Below, piece after piece: positions 9,016 through 19,191 of a stretch of DNA of 60,554 nucleotides (the first letter of the stretch is position 1; every line of letters begins with the position of its first letter). Source of the stretch: a virus (Duplodnaviria > Caudoviricetes); IMG/VR virus record IMGVR_UViG_3300028585_000006, positions 1 to 60,554 of that record, one strand, 5' to 3'. The position numbers and the translations under genes were made by a program. Below the pieces are notes generated by a model. It saw only the letters and a list, made by a program, of their open reading frames with translations. It searched no databases and was not told the DNA's origin.

Positions 9016-9465
9016 TCAGACGATACCAGCGGTCGCGGCAACTGAGACGGTCAGGTGGTCCGGCTTCGCTGGCCGGCCGACCGCGATGACGCCTCGCTGC
9101 TTGAGCTGGATCTCGAGGTCGTCGCAGTACGCCTCGAGCCGGACGATGTAGATCTCGGTCTTCGTGATCTCGACCTGCATGTCGTCGTAGGCGCCCTGCG
9201 AGAGGCGGCCGTCCTTCTTTGCGCTGTCGAGGAACGTCTGCAGCTGCTCGTTCGACGTCGAGAGGCGGTCGATCGTGGCGCGCTGCTGCGTGAGGGCGAG
9301 CTCCATCTCGGCGCGGGCGTCGGGGCGGACGCCGCGAACCCACGCGATGACGGCCAGGATGACGCCGAAGACGCCGGTCACGATGGCCGCGCCGATCGCT
9401 CCGCTGAGGAGCGTCTGCAGGTCGATGCCGGCCTCGGCGATGGGGCCCGAGGTCAGCGGGATCAC
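9016..9465 (-). CDS. Single-TM coiled-coil membrane protein (possible lysis accessory)
   Basis: N-terminal TM helix then coiled coil; GTGA-coupled. Confidence 0.7.
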   Translation of the reverse strand: MIPLTSGPIAEAGIDLQTLLSGAIGAAIVTGVFGVILAVIAWVRGVRPDARAEMELALTQQRATIDRLSTSNEQLQTFLDSAKKDGRLSQGAYDDMQVEITKTEIYIVRLEAYCDDLEIQLKQRGVIAVGRPAKPDHLTVSVAATAGIV

Positions 9466-9902
9466 TTCCGGACTCCGACCTCGGGCGCCAGGGAGACGAG
9501 GATCTCGCGCACGAACCGGAACAGGAAGTACATCACCCGGATGGTCGAGGGCATGGCGAGCAGGTGTATCACGACGGCGAGACCGATCCTCTCGGTGAGG
9601 CCCGCGGCGACGAAGCCCCACAGGCTGATGTTGTAGAGCAGCACGGCCAGGATGATCGCGACGTTGGCGAGCATCTCGACGAACTCGGCGATCGCGTACA
9701 GGCGCCCGTGGCGGAGGGCGACGAGCACGCCAGCGGCCGCGAGGGGCCCGCCGATCGCGGCGCACGCGGTCCAGACCTTCGTGAAGTCGGCGCCGAGCGC
9801 CCCTTCGATCTGCAGGGGCGTGAAGATCATCACGAGGGTGCCCCACGCGCCGATGATGACGTAGACGTAGGCGAGAGCCGCCCGCCAGTGACTCTCGCGC
9901 AT
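9462..9902 (-). CDS. Four-TM membrane protein (holin-like)
   Basis: Four hydrophobic segments in 146 aa. Confidence 0.7.
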   Translation of the reverse strand: MRESHWRAALAYVYVIIGAWGTLVMIFTPLQIEGALGADFTKVWTACAAIGGPLAAAGVLVALRHGRLYAIAEFVEMLANVAIILAVLLYNISLWGFVAAGLTERIGLAVVIHLLAMPSTIRVMYFLFRFVREILVSLAPEVGVRK

Positions 9903-9986
9903 GTGGTCTCCGATCGTGGCGCTGCTGGTGCGGATCTAGCGTCTCACCGGGGGGCAGACAGCACGGTGCCGGACACGCCGGAGGCC

Positions 9987-10817
9987 CTACAGGCCGAGGT
10001 GCTCCCGGATCTCGTCGACGTCGGCGCGGAGCTGCGCGGTCGTCGCGATGAGACGCTGCACAGTCGGGATGAGGAGGAGACCGAGCAGCTCGTACCGGAT
10101 GCCCTCGGGGATCGGCCCTCCCTCGGCGTCGAGGGCAGCCTTCATGCCGGTCTCGTCGGGACGGTACATCACGAACTCCCACAGGCCCTGCGCGTGGAGG
10201 TCCTCGGCGTACATGCCGAGGAACGTGCCGGCGTGGTAGCCGGGGATCCATGCGTAGGGGGTCGCGCCGGCCCGGTGAAGCCGCTCGAGCTCGATCTCTG
10301 CCGTGTACCGGTAGTGCACGAGCACGAGGGCGGAGATCTGCTCGTCGGTGAAGTCGACCAGGCCCAACTCGGTCTTGATCCGGCGTGTCGACGGCGCGAA
10401 CCCGAGGCGGCCGTTCGAGTCGACGTACACGACCTTGTAGCTGCTGGTCAGCTGCAGGTTGTAGACGCCCACGGAGGTGACGCCGGCGTTGAACTGGCCC
10501 GAGCCCGCCGTCGCGACGCTCTTGTCCCACGTGCCGGAGATCTGGCTCTGGTCGTGCCCGTGAGAGGCGTTCGCCTTGCCGTCGATCCGGCCGCCGAGCG
10601 CGTTGTCCTTGTCGTCGATCTGCTGCTTCGTGTAGCTCTGGTCCGAGATCAGCGTGTCGACGCGATCTTCGAGGTTGACGACGAGCGTCCGGACCTCTTC
10701 GAGCTGCTGGTAGATCTGGCTGGCCTTCGGCTTCCGGGTCTCGTCGAGGTCCTTCCGGATGCCGACGATCTTCCCCTTGAGCTGGGTCGTCGGGTCTGCG
10801 CTCTCGCCGTACTTCAC
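9987..10817 (-). CDS. Minor tail/fibre protein with intramolecular-chaperone-like (S74) C-terminus
   Basis: PSTRRIKT...GMYAEDL...GIRYELLGLLLIPTVQRL pattern. Confidence 0.7.
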   Translation of the reverse strand: MKYGESADPTTQLKGKIVGIRKDLDETRKPKASQIYQQLEEVRTLVVNLEDRVDTLISDQSYTKQQIDDKDNALGGRIDGKANASHGHDQSQISGTWDKSVATAGSGQFNAGVTSVGVYNLQLTSSYKVVYVDSNGRLGFAPSTRRIKTELGLVDFTDEQISALVLVHYRYTAEIELERLHRAGATPYAWIPGYHAGTFLGMYAEDLHAQGLWEFVMYRPDETGMKAALDAEGGPIPEGIRYELLGLLLIPTVQRLIATTAQLRADVDEIREHLGL

Positions 10818-11947
10818 GCTTCGTCCTCGATCTCAGGCTCGGTCCGGTCAGGGCTGATCGTCAGCGTCACTTCGTTCTCGAGCGCGTCGGAGGCGATGTC
10901 GAGGAGCCGCATCCGGTACTCGCCGGCCGGGATGTACTTGTGCACGCCGACCCTCACCCGGATGTAGTCCCCCTCCTGGTATTCGGTGATCCGCGGCGGC
11001 ATGTTGGCGCTGACCTTCATGTCCCACGTGACGACGCTCTTCTGCCCGAACTGGCTCTGCCGGTCGGCGTAGCCCTGCGCCGTGGTGATCTCGCTGACGG
11101 AGTTGAGGTTGAGCTGGGCCTGCATCAGCGGGAACCCCCGGTCCCGGAGACCGGTCCGGTTCGACCGCGCCATGATGAGCTTGTCCTGCTGGCCGCCGCC
11201 GAGCGCAAACGCCTCGTCGGCGAGGTTCGCGCCCGACCGGTTCACCGAGAGGCTGCGGACGGTCGTCTTGCGGGCGGAGTGGTCCCAGACGGGCTCCGCG
11301 TCAACGGTGCCGTGGATCTCGTCGTCGTCGTCGGTGCCGGTGAGCATCTCCCACTCGACGCCGAGCCCGTCGGCGCGGAGCCGCGGCCGGAACACGATGT
11401 CGGGGCCGTTGATGATGTTCGTCAGGTTGTCGATCAGGTCGCCAACGTACGACAGGTCGAAGTTGTTCAGCGTCCGGACGCGCGTGCCGCCCTCGACGAT
11501 GTTCGGGACGACGATCGGGAGGTCGCCGCCGGGGCGCATCATCATGCCGCGGATGATGCTCCGGGCGATGTCGCCGTAGCTGCCGCGGTAGGTGACCGTG
11601 TCCGTCGCGAGGTCGACGATCGGCCACACGGTCTGCACCCGGTGCTGCAGGTAGCTCTTGAACCCGCCGGCCTTGAGCACGAGGGTCTGGTCGTCGTCGT
11701 TGAACTGGTGCCCGAGGATCGGGCCGGCCTGGCGGATCCGGCCGTCCTTCTCGACGGCGAGGTAGGTGCGCCACTCCTCGGCCGCGAGACCGAGGTTCAG
11801 CTTCGTGACGTCGTGCCCGCGCATGTCCATCGTGCACTCGATCTCGCCCTCGGACGACAGCGACCGCTTCCAGGTGCCGGAGACGGGCCGGATGAAGTTC
11901 GTGCGGTCGCCGGTCCGCATCTCGCCGATGAACCAGTTGGGACGCAT
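10814..11947 (-). CDS. Minor tail protein (baseplate hub/Tal-like)
   Basis: 377 aa beta-rich protein; WKRSLS..G..E, YQEGDYIRV pattern of siphoviral hub proteins. Confidence 0.7.
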   Translation of the reverse strand: MRPNWFIGEMRTGDRTNFIRPVSGTWKRSLSSEGEIECTMDMRGHDVTKLNLGLAAEEWRTYLAVEKDGRIRQAGPILGHQFNDDDQTLVLKAGGFKSYLQHRVQTVWPIVDLATDTVTYRGSYGDIARSIIRGMMMRPGGDLPIVVPNIVEGGTRVRTLNNFDLSYVGDLIDNLTNIINGPDIVFRPRLRADGLGVEWEMLTGTDDDDEIHGTVDAEPVWDHSARKTTVRSLSVNRSGANLADEAFALGGGQQDKLIMARSNRTGLRDRGFPLMQAQLNLNSVSEITTAQGYADRQSQFGQKSVVTWDMKVSANMPPRITEYQEGDYIRVRVGVHKYIPAGEYRMRLLDIASDALENEVTLTISPDRTEPEIEDEA

Positions 11948-12014
11948 GTCGCGATCCTCTCAGACGGGAACGGCCCGGACCCCGTGGTGGGATCCGGGCC
12001 GCTCGAGGTGCTTG

Positions 12015-12425
12015 CTAGGCGCGGTGGTCGGGGCCGGGGACTCGGTCCGTCGGCTCCTCGGGGAGCGTCGTGACCGACGGCGTCCCGTCGCGGGCGGTGC
12101 CGAACTCCTGCGCCTTGCTCGTCGCGCCGGTGGGGACCCACACGCCGAGGTGCGACGCGATCGAGATCCCCCAGGAGACGAGGCCCGTCAACAGGGCCTG
12201 CTGGCCGTCGTAGGCGGTCCCCGCGATGCTGGCCGCGAGCCACTGCGTGAGGAACGAGCTCACGAGCGACAGCCCGCCGAGCAGCACGACCTTGACCGTG
12301 CTGTTCGTCGTCTTCTTCGTGACGATCCCCACGAGCAGCGGGAGCACGAACGCGATGACGACCTGCAGGATCGCGACCCAGTCGATCGGGAACGCGAGGG
12401 GCGCGAGCTCGACGGCGCCGATCAC
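12015..12425 (-). CDS. Holin
   Basis: Multi-TM protein (FVLPLLVGIVTK) immediately after the endolysin. Confidence 0.8.
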   Translation of the reverse strand: MIGAVELAPLAFPIDWVAILQVVIAFVLPLLVGIVTKKTTNSTVKVVLLGGLSLVSSFLTQWLAASIAGTAYDGQQALLTGLVSWGISIASHLGVWVPTGATSKAQEFGTARDGTPSVTTLPEEPTDRVPGPDHRA

Positions 12426-13327
12426 AGCCCGAGGGCCTTCCAGGTGACCGGGCCGACGATGCCGTCGCTGGTGAGTCCGGCTCGACGCTGGAACTCCTTC
12501 ACCGCGGCCTTCGTGCCGACGCCGAAGATGCCGTCGTTCGCGAGCTTGCCGGCGTAGGCCGGGTAGGCACCGCGGAGGCGCTCCTGCAGGATCTTGACCT
12601 GCTCGCCGGTCGAGCCCTTCTGGACGACCGGGCGCGATCCGGGGCCCGGTGCCGGCGCGGGGGCCGGGGCGGCCTTCGCGGCGACGACCTGGACGAGCTT
12701 CGCTTCCGTCGCGGGACCGTGGATCCCGTCGACGGCGAGGCCGTGCTTGCCCTGGAAGTCGCGGATCGCGGCGGTCGTCTTCGGTCCGACGATGCCGTCC
12801 TGCGCCAGGCCGTACCCGAGGGCGTTGTAGCCGCCCTGCACGGCCTTGAACTGGTCACGGGTGAACCAGCGATTGCCGGAGCCCGCGACGGCCGCGGAGC
12901 CGCCGTTGCCGGCGCCCTTCGCCGGGCCGAGGTTCACGATGTCGTGGCCCATGAGCCAGTCGGACGCGAACAGGAACTTGCGGCCCCACGCGCGCTCGAT
13001 GCCGGCGATCGTCGACCGGCCGATCTTGCCGACGGGGACGTCGGTCGAGATCAGGCTGCCGGCGTTGTCGGTCGCGGTGCAGATGTGACCGAAGCCGTTC
13101 GCGCCGGCCGAGAAGTAGAGCACCATGCCGGCGCGCACCTGGTCGCGGCCGAAGCGGCGGTTGGCCGGGGTGGCCTCGGCGGCGCGGAGCGCGTACGTGT
13201 AGTGCCCGGGGCGGTCCGACTGCGGCTTCGCGTACGCCTTGTCGACGGCCTCGAGGCAGCGGCCCGGCTTGTACGAGCCGAACGCGGCGAACCGAGCGAT
13301 GGCCTTCTGTGCGTCGAGCTGAGCCAT
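12422..13327 (-). CDS. Endolysin (Cys/His CHAP/NlpC-like catalytic domain plus two PG-binding domains)
   Basis: GRCLEAV...GMVLYF...FGHI; two DGIxGxxT PG_binding_1 domains. Confidence 0.88.
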   Translation of the reverse strand: MAQLDAQKAIARFAAFGSYKPGRCLEAVDKAYAKPQSDRPGHYTYALRAAEATPANRRFGRDQVRAGMVLYFSAGANGFGHICTATDNAGSLISTDVPVGKIGRSTIAGIERAWGRKFLFASDWLMGHDIVNLGPAKGAGNGGSAAVAGSGNRWFTRDQFKAVQGGYNALGYGLAQDGIVGPKTTAAIRDFQGKHGLAVDGIHGPATEAKLVQVVAAKAAPAPAPAPGPGSRPVVQKGSTGEQVKILQERLRGAYPAYAGKLANDGIFGVGTKAAVKEFQRRAGLTSDGIVGPVTWKALGL

Positions 13328-13542
13328 CAGAGCGTCACCTCCGTCTGAGCGTCGTCCTCGTCGGGACCGTCGCCGATCTGGTCGTCGTCGATCTCGGGGA
13401 CCGTCTCGAGGTCGGCGGTGGGGAGCTCCTCGGGAGCCTTCTGCTCGGCCGGAGCGGCCGCGGCGGGCTGCTCGGGAGCCTTCTCCTCCGGCTTGTCGCC
13501 GGCGGGCTTGGACGAGGTCGTCTTGGGGGCGGTGGCTGCCAT
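13327..13542 (-). CDS. Small acidic low-complexity protein
   Basis: ATG at 13542 with AAGGA RBS; coupled to endolysin. Confidence 0.6.
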   Translation of the reverse strand: MAATAPKTTSSKPAGDKPEEKAPEQPAAAAPAEQKAPEELPTADLETVPEIDDDQIGDGPDEDDAQTEVTL

Positions 13543-13591
13543 GTTGTTCCTTTCGTCGAGCCACACCATACGGCGGGCTACGGCCGAGGCG

Positions 13592-13837
13592 TCAGGCTGA
13601 CGCGCCGGGGTCTGCCGGGCTGACGGCGGTGTTCTGGATCTCGGGCTCGGCGTCACGGCTGCCCTTGACCCACCCGTCCTCGATGTCCCAGCCCTCGTTA
13701 TCGGCGGCGACGGCCATCGCGGTCGCCATGAGGCCGTCGCCGACGTTCTGCCGGTCGATCTGCTTCGTCTCGCCGTTGCGTCCGAGCTGGATCGTGAAGA
13801 TCGTCTCGGGGGTGATGGTGCCGTAGTCGATTGCCAC
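13592..13837 (-). CDS. Hypothetical protein (tail region)
   Basis: GTG at 13837 with AGGAGG RBS. Confidence 0.65.
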   Translation of the reverse strand: MAIDYGTITPETIFTIQLGRNGETKQIDRQNVGDGLMATAMAVAADNEGWDIEDGWVKGSRDAEPEIQNTAVSPADPGASA

Positions 13838-13845
13838 GTTTCCTC

Positions 13846-14934
13846 CTAGTAGGTGATGACCATTTGCTGCACGTAGTCCCAGATCTCGACGGTGTTCGCC
13901 GCCGGGTCGGTCTGCATCGACAGACCGAGCGTGTGCGTGCCCTCGGGGATGCTGGCGCCGTGCCAGGCCGAGGGCTGGTAGAGGCCACCGACGCTGCGCC
14001 CGTGGTTGTGGAACCGCTGCTGACCGCCGCCCGCGACGTTGCCGTCGATCAGGAGCGTCATGAAGCCGGCCATCGTCGTCGGCGAGTTCGAGAGCCAGAG
14101 GTGGAACGTCTGGAAGGCGTTCACCCAGCCGACGCGGCCCGGGGGGACCGTCACGGTGGCGAGGGTCGGCATGATGCGGACGCCGCCGGCCTGCTGGATC
14201 GCGCCGCCGCTGAGGTCGAGGCGGTACGGGTTGTTCCGGACCCGGGGGAGGTCGTCCCACGTCGCCAGGTTGACCTCGGTGTCGTTCTGCAGCGTGAGCT
14301 GGGCGCGGTCCTGCGTCTGCAGGTACGTCACCGAGCCGCGGCCGATCGGGAAGGCGTCGCGCTCGGCGACCGTGCGGAAGTACTGCGTCGACTCGGCGGT
14401 CGTGAACGGGGCGATGTTCGAGATGACGAGCGCGTTCGACGTCGTGCCGGACGGGGTCCGGAGCACCGCGGCGAGCGCGAGGTAGCCGTCGGGGACCGCC
14501 GGGTACGTGCCGCTGCCGGTGACGCCCGGGACAATCTCGAAGCCGACCTCGGTCGCGGCCGCGCCCTGCTTGATGTCGCGGAAGTAGATGCAGACGAGGT
14601 CGAACCGGTTGCCGCCGACGGGCGCGTTGATCGCGGCGTTGTTCCCGGAGGCGGCGACGTTCAGGGGCACCTGCACCGTGCCGTCGTTGCCGACGATGTA
14701 GGGCCCGCTCGTGTCGGAGTAGGCGGTCACCGCGGCGCCGGCGGCGACGTCGACGCTCATGTCGCCTCGACCCGTGACGTTCAGCGGGTTGCCGGGGCCG
14801 TAGAGGATCCCGGTCCGCGGCTTGACGATGCCGTTGCGGCGCATCAGGCCGCCGAGGGCGAGGCGGGTGCCGAGCGGGGTTCCGAAACCAGCGGTGTCGG
14901 ACGCCTGCGCCCAGAGGCCGGGCTGTGCGGTCAT
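13846..14934 (-). CDS. Minor tail protein
   Basis: MSVDVAAGAA, NRFDLV, YLALAAV motifs; follows the distal tail gene. Confidence 0.75.
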   Translation of the reverse strand: MTAQPGLWAQASDTAGFGTPLGTRLALGGLMRRNGIVKPRTGILYGPGNPLNVTGRGDMSVDVAAGAAVTAYSDTSGPYIVGNDGTVQVPLNVAASGNNAAINAPVGGNRFDLVCIYFRDIKQGAAATEVGFEIVPGVTGSGTYPAVPDGYLALAAVLRTPSGTTSNALVISNIAPFTTAESTQYFRTVAERDAFPIGRGSVTYLQTQDRAQLTLQNDTEVNLATWDDLPRVRNNPYRLDLSGGAIQQAGGVRIMPTLATVTVPPGRVGWVNAFQTFHLWLSNSPTTMAGFMTLLIDGNVAGGGQQRFHNHGRSVGGLYQPSAWHGASIPEGTHTLGLSMQTDPAANTVEIWDYVQQMVITY

Positions 14935-14938
14935 CGAG

Positions 14939-15814
14939 TCATCTCCATGTGGGTCGTGTTTCAGCGGTGAGGAGGGTCACGTTCATGTCGGCACCAACGG
15001 CGTCGAGCTGGAACGTGGCCGAGCCCCCTCGGGGGATCCCGGACCACTCGTACCGGGTCAAGGATCTGGTCACGTCGGCGATGCCGTCAACTTCGGCTCG
15101 CCCGGTGTCGGTGTTGATCCAGATCGACTGCCCGCCGAGCACGGGGGCGGAGTAGCGGAGGATTCGGCCCTCGTTCACGTTCGTGATCGTGAAGCCGTTC
15201 GGGGCGGGCCCGCGGACCTTGAACACGGGCCAGGCGGTCTCGTTGCCGGTGTTCGGGAGCGCCACGCGGCCGTCGCGGCCGATGGAGCCGAAGTCGAGCT
15301 TGCCGGCCGGGGCGACCTTCGTCGAGAACAGCGGGAACATCAGGCCGACGCCGACGTCGTTCGGGATCATCGCGCTGCGGGAGACGAGCTCGCCGTACTT
15401 GAACGGGTCGTCGGCGCGGAACGGGATCTTGAACCGGGCCTTGCGGGCGTGGAACGTCTCGACGTCGACGATGCCGTCGACGACGACCGTGCGGTAGCGG
15501 TCCCCGCCGGCGTCGATGACGTGCAGCGGCCACCTCGAGCGACTGCCCTGCAGGGAGTTGAGGAGATCGAAGTCGCGGGCCACGAGGTCCTCGTGCGTGC
15601 GGCTCTCGAGGAGGCCTTCGAGCGTGAACGTCTTCGCGGAGATCTGCACGTCGCCGGGGTCGAAGTTGCCGTCGCGCTGCGGGGACTCGACGGCCTCGGA
15701 CCGGAACGAGCCCCCGCTGTACCAGGTGTCGAAGTTCGTGATCTTCATCCGCGGCCACACCCCGTCGGGGGGCGTGCTGTGCACGGAGAACTCGGGGAGG
15801 CGGACCTCGGTCAT
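14939..15814 (-). CDS. Distal tail protein (Dit)
   Basis: Directly after tape measure; FRADDPFKYG, NTGNETAWP motifs. Confidence 0.8.
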   Translation of the reverse strand: MTEVRLPEFSVHSTPPDGVWPRMKITNFDTWYSGGSFRSEAVESPQRDGNFDPGDVQISAKTFTLEGLLESRTHEDLVARDFDLLNSLQGSRSRWPLHVIDAGGDRYRTVVVDGIVDVETFHARKARFKIPFRADDPFKYGELVSRSAMIPNDVGVGLMFPLFSTKVAPAGKLDFGSIGRDGRVALPNTGNETAWPVFKVRGPAPNGFTITNVNEGRILRYSAPVLGGQSIWINTDTGRAEVDGIADVTRSLTRYEWSGIPRGGSATFQLDAVGADMNVTLLTAETRPTWR

Positions 15815-18800
15815 ACGTTCGCTCCTTCGAGCATCCAGAGGAGGTTCTCGTTCGCCTTGCGGGCGACCTTCTCCTCGTCCATCCCGGGCGTCGGGTACAC
15901 GTTCGACTCGATCTTGATCTCGGTCGGCCCGCCACCGTAGCCGTAGCCGTTCGCCGAGGCGTAGGGCACGGGCTGGTAGCTCGAGTCGGTCCGGGCGAGG
16001 GACATCGAGGACGACGGCGGCACGGCGGACGCGTAGGTCGGCACCTTGAGGGGCACCGGGTTCCACGCGGCGCTCATCGCGGTCGCGAGACCGCGCGTGG
16101 AGCTGACGACGTTGCCCTTCTCGGCGGTCACACCGATCGCGAGGCCCTCGCCGACCCAGCCACCGAACTTCTTGAACAGGCGCGACGGGGAGGCGATGCC
16201 GAGGAAGCTCTTCACGGCCGAGACCGAGTCCTTGATCGGGCCGAGCACGGCATCCTTGATCCGGCCCGCGGCGGCCTGCACGCCGCCGATCAGGCCCTGG
16301 ATCAGGTTCGAGCCGGCCGACGTCAGCCAGGACGCGGCGCCGGCCAGCGCCCCGGTCACGGTGGAGCGGATCCCGGAGAAGAAGTCGCCGACCTGGCCGA
16401 TGGCGCCGCTGACCGAGGACACCAGGCCGCGGACGGTCGAGGCGACGGCCGACACGGCTCCGGCGACCATCGACTTCACGCCGTTCCACGCCGCCGACCA
16501 GGTGTTCTGCACGGACGACATCACGCCGGAGACGACCGAGAGGACCGCGTTCACGGCCGAGGAGACGGCTGAGGTGATCCCGGACCAGACGGCTGAGGCA
16601 ACGGCCTTGATGCCGTTCCACGTGTTCGACCAGAACGAGCTCACGGCCGAGACGACGGACACGATGATCGACTGCACGGTCGAGATGTAGGCGCTGACGA
16701 ACGCGACGATCCCGGACCAGACGGCCGAGGCTACGGCCGAGATCCCGGACCAGACGCCGGACCACCAGCCGACGATCGCGCCGACGACGGTCATCACGAT
16801 CGAGACCAGGAACTGCACGTACCCGGTCACGAAGGCAACGATTCCGGACCAGACGGCGGAGGCGACCGCGGCGACGGTCGACCAGAGCCCCTGCCACCAG
16901 CCGACGACGGCCCCCACCACGGTGAGGATCACGGTCACCAGGGTCGTCACGTAGGCGGTGACGAACGAGACGATCCCGGACCAGAGCCCGGAGAGGAAAT
17001 CGCCGATCGCTCCGAAGACGCTCGAGAACCAGCCGCCGACGGCGTCGAGGGCGGGCTGGATCCAGGACATGAAGCCGGACCAGGCATCGGTCAGGAACGA
17101 GACGACCGTGTCCCAGTTGGCGATCAGGAGGACGATGGCCGCGATCAGCGCGACGATGCCGACGATGATCCACGTGATCGGGTTGGCGAGCAGGGCGCTG
17201 TTGAACGCCCACTGCGCAGCGGTCGCGATGCCCGTCGCGGCGGCGCCGGCGAGCATCGGGGCCTTCACGAGGAGCGACGCGGCCGCGGAGGCGCCGACGG
17301 CGACCTTGTTCGCGAGCCAGATGGCGCTGTTCTTCGCCACAGCGGCCGTGGAGACGGCCAGGGCGGCCACGGTGCCAGCGACGGCCTGCGCGACGCCCAC
17401 AGCGGCGCTCGCGGCCTTCTGGACCTTGTTCGCGACCCAGGCGGCGGTGTTCTTCGCGAGCTCGGCGGTCGACTGGGCGATCGACTTGACCATCGAGCCG
17501 GCGTACATCGCGGCGAGCGCGACGGTCTGGGCCTTGTCGGCGATCTTCGCGGCGGTGTTCTTGACCCAGGCGCCGGAGTTGGTCAGGAGCTGCGCGGTCT
17601 GCTTCACGAGGGACGCGCCGAGCTTGGCGACGTCGAGCACGGCCATCGCGCCGGACCAGGCGGTGTAGGCGATGACGATGCCCTTGACGGCGTCCTCGTT
17701 GCCGGCGATCGCCGTGATGATCTGCGTGATCGGGGGCAGCACGACGGCGAGCACGTCGGCGAACAGCTGCAGCAGGGCTACGAAGATCTGCCAGGTGCTG
17801 ATGCCGAGGTCGGCGGAGGCGTCGGCGAGGGCCGGGCCGATGACCGCGAGGGCCGGGAGGAGGGTCGACGAGAGGGTTTCGCCGATCTGCTTGATCGGGG
17901 GTCCGACCTGGTCCCACACCGATCCGAAGAACGCGATGATCGGCGCGAGGGCGCCCAGCACGACGCTGCTCTTGTCTCCGGAAGCGTTGAGCTCGCGGAG
18001 CCAGTTCGCGACGTCCTGCACGGGCTTCGAGGCGGCGGCCGCGGCGGCGAGGGGCTTGAGGGCGGCGGTCGCGGAGTCGATCACGGTGCCCGTGGTCTGC
18101 AGCACCAGGGTCCCCATGTCGAGGAACGGCGACAGCGCGGCCGCACCGAACCGGGAGACCGAGGCCTTCATGCCGCCGAGCGCGCCGGAGAACGTCTGCC
18201 GAAGCGCCTCCATCGCGCCACCGAACTTGACCGTGGCGCCGGCCGCGCCGTCGGACCCGTTCATGATGCCGTCGGTCAGCATGTCGATGCCCTCGAGCGC
18301 GGGCACGGCGCCGTCGGAGAGGAGCTTCTGCATCTCCTCGGTCGTGACCCCGCTCTTGTTCGCGAGGATCTGCAGGGCGGGCACACCCTGCGCCGAGAGG
18401 CTGTTGATCGTGTCCGTGGTCAGCTTGCCGGCCGCCGCGGCCTGGCCGAGCGAGGTGACGATCGAGTCGACGCCCTCGGCGCCGTTGCCCGACGCGGCTG
18501 CGGCGTTACCGATGGCGGTCAGGTAGCCGGGGACCTTCTGGGCGGGCACGCCGAAGGCCACGAGGTTCTTCGCGGCCCCGGCGAACTGGTCGAGGTTGAA
18601 CGGGGTCCCGGAGACCACCTTGAGCACTTCGGCCATGAGGTCACCGGCCGCTGTGGCCGACCCCATCACCGTCGTCATGGCGCTCGTGGCGTCCTGGATC
18701 GCGACGATCCGCTTCGCGCCGCCGACGATCGCGGCGCCGGCGAACGTGGCGCCGAAGCCGACGACCGCGGCGCCGGCCCCGAGGAGGGTCTTGCCGACCA

Positions 18801-18978
18801 GGCCGGCGGCCGACGAGATCGCGTTGCCCCACGCCTGCGTGTTCTTCGAGACGCCGGCGGTCGCGTTGTCGGTCTCGGCCTTGAACCCCTTGACCTCGGC
18901 ACCGGCGGCCTTGAACGCCGCGATGATGCTCTTCGAGTCGCCTCGGACGTTGGCCTGGACGGTCAGAACCGAGCTCAT
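15811..18978 (-). CDS. Tape measure protein
   Basis: 1055 aa Ala/Gly-rich; TPFNLDQ tape-measure domain; periodic Trp repeats. Confidence 0.95.
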   Translation of the reverse strand: MSSVLTVQANVRGDSKSIIAAFKAAGAEVKGFKAETDNATAGVSKNTQAWGNAISSAAGLVGKTLLGAGAAVVGFGATFAGAAIVGGAKRIVAIQDATSAMTTVMGSATAAGDLMAEVLKVVSGTPFNLDQFAGAAKNLVAFGVPAQKVPGYLTAIGNAAAASGNGAEGVDSIVTSLGQAAAAGKLTTDTINSLSAQGVPALQILANKSGVTTEEMQKLLSDGAVPALEGIDMLTDGIMNGSDGAAGATVKFGGAMEALRQTFSGALGGMKASVSRFGAAALSPFLDMGTLVLQTTGTVIDSATAALKPLAAAAAASKPVQDVANWLRELNASGDKSSVVLGALAPIIAFFGSVWDQVGPPIKQIGETLSSTLLPALAVIGPALADASADLGISTWQIFVALLQLFADVLAVVLPPITQIITAIAGNEDAVKGIVIAYTAWSGAMAVLDVAKLGASLVKQTAQLLTNSGAWVKNTAAKIADKAQTVALAAMYAGSMVKSIAQSTAELAKNTAAWVANKVQKAASAAVGVAQAVAGTVAALAVSTAAVAKNSAIWLANKVAVGASAAASLLVKAPMLAGAAATGIATAAQWAFNSALLANPITWIIVGIVALIAAIVLLIANWDTVVSFLTDAWSGFMSWIQPALDAVGGWFSSVFGAIGDFLSGLWSGIVSFVTAYVTTLVTVILTVVGAVVGWWQGLWSTVAAVASAVWSGIVAFVTGYVQFLVSIVMTVVGAIVGWWSGVWSGISAVASAVWSGIVAFVSAYISTVQSIIVSVVSAVSSFWSNTWNGIKAVASAVWSGITSAVSSAVNAVLSVVSGVMSSVQNTWSAAWNGVKSMVAGAVSAVASTVRGLVSSVSGAIGQVGDFFSGIRSTVTGALAGAASWLTSAGSNLIQGLIGGVQAAAGRIKDAVLGPIKDSVSAVKSFLGIASPSRLFKKFGGWVGEGLAIGVTAEKGNVVSSTRGLATAMSAAWNPVPLKVPTYASAVPPSSSMSLARTDSSYQPVPYASANGYGYGGGPTEIKIESNVYPTPGMDEEKVARKANENLLWMLEGANV

Positions 18979-18990
18979 GGGGATCCTCTG

Positions 18991-19191
18991 CTAGTGACGC
19001 TTGTGCTTGGCGGCTTGCTCCTCGGCCTCGGCTGCTTCGAGCTGCAGGAGTGCGGCCCACTCCCGGAGTTCGTACTCGTCTAGAGCGACGTGGGCCGGAC
19101 CGCCGTAGAGGAGCTCTTCGACGGTCCGGCCCAGGCGTGTAGCGATGACGAAGTGCAGCCGCCGCTTGTTGTCGAGGGCTAGTCTTTTCCC
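18991..19191 (-). CDS. Tail assembly chaperone, -1 frameshift extension (gpGT)
   Basis: Open frame overlapping the chaperone end after the GGGAAAA slippery site. Confidence 0.8.
   Translation of the reverse strand, partial: GKRLALDNKRRLHFVIATRLGRTVEELLYGGPAHVALDEYELREWAALLQLEAAEAEEQAAKHKRH

Noticed and set aside
16500-17000. Periodic CCGGACCAGA repeats resembling a CRISPR or tandem array
   Set aside because: They encode the Trp-containing repeats of the tape measure protein; no spacer structure or cas genes
14939-17917. 992-aa minus-strand ORF overlapping the tape measure gene
   Set aside because: The Arg-rich N-terminal part is an off-frame read; only 14939-15814 (Dit) is credible
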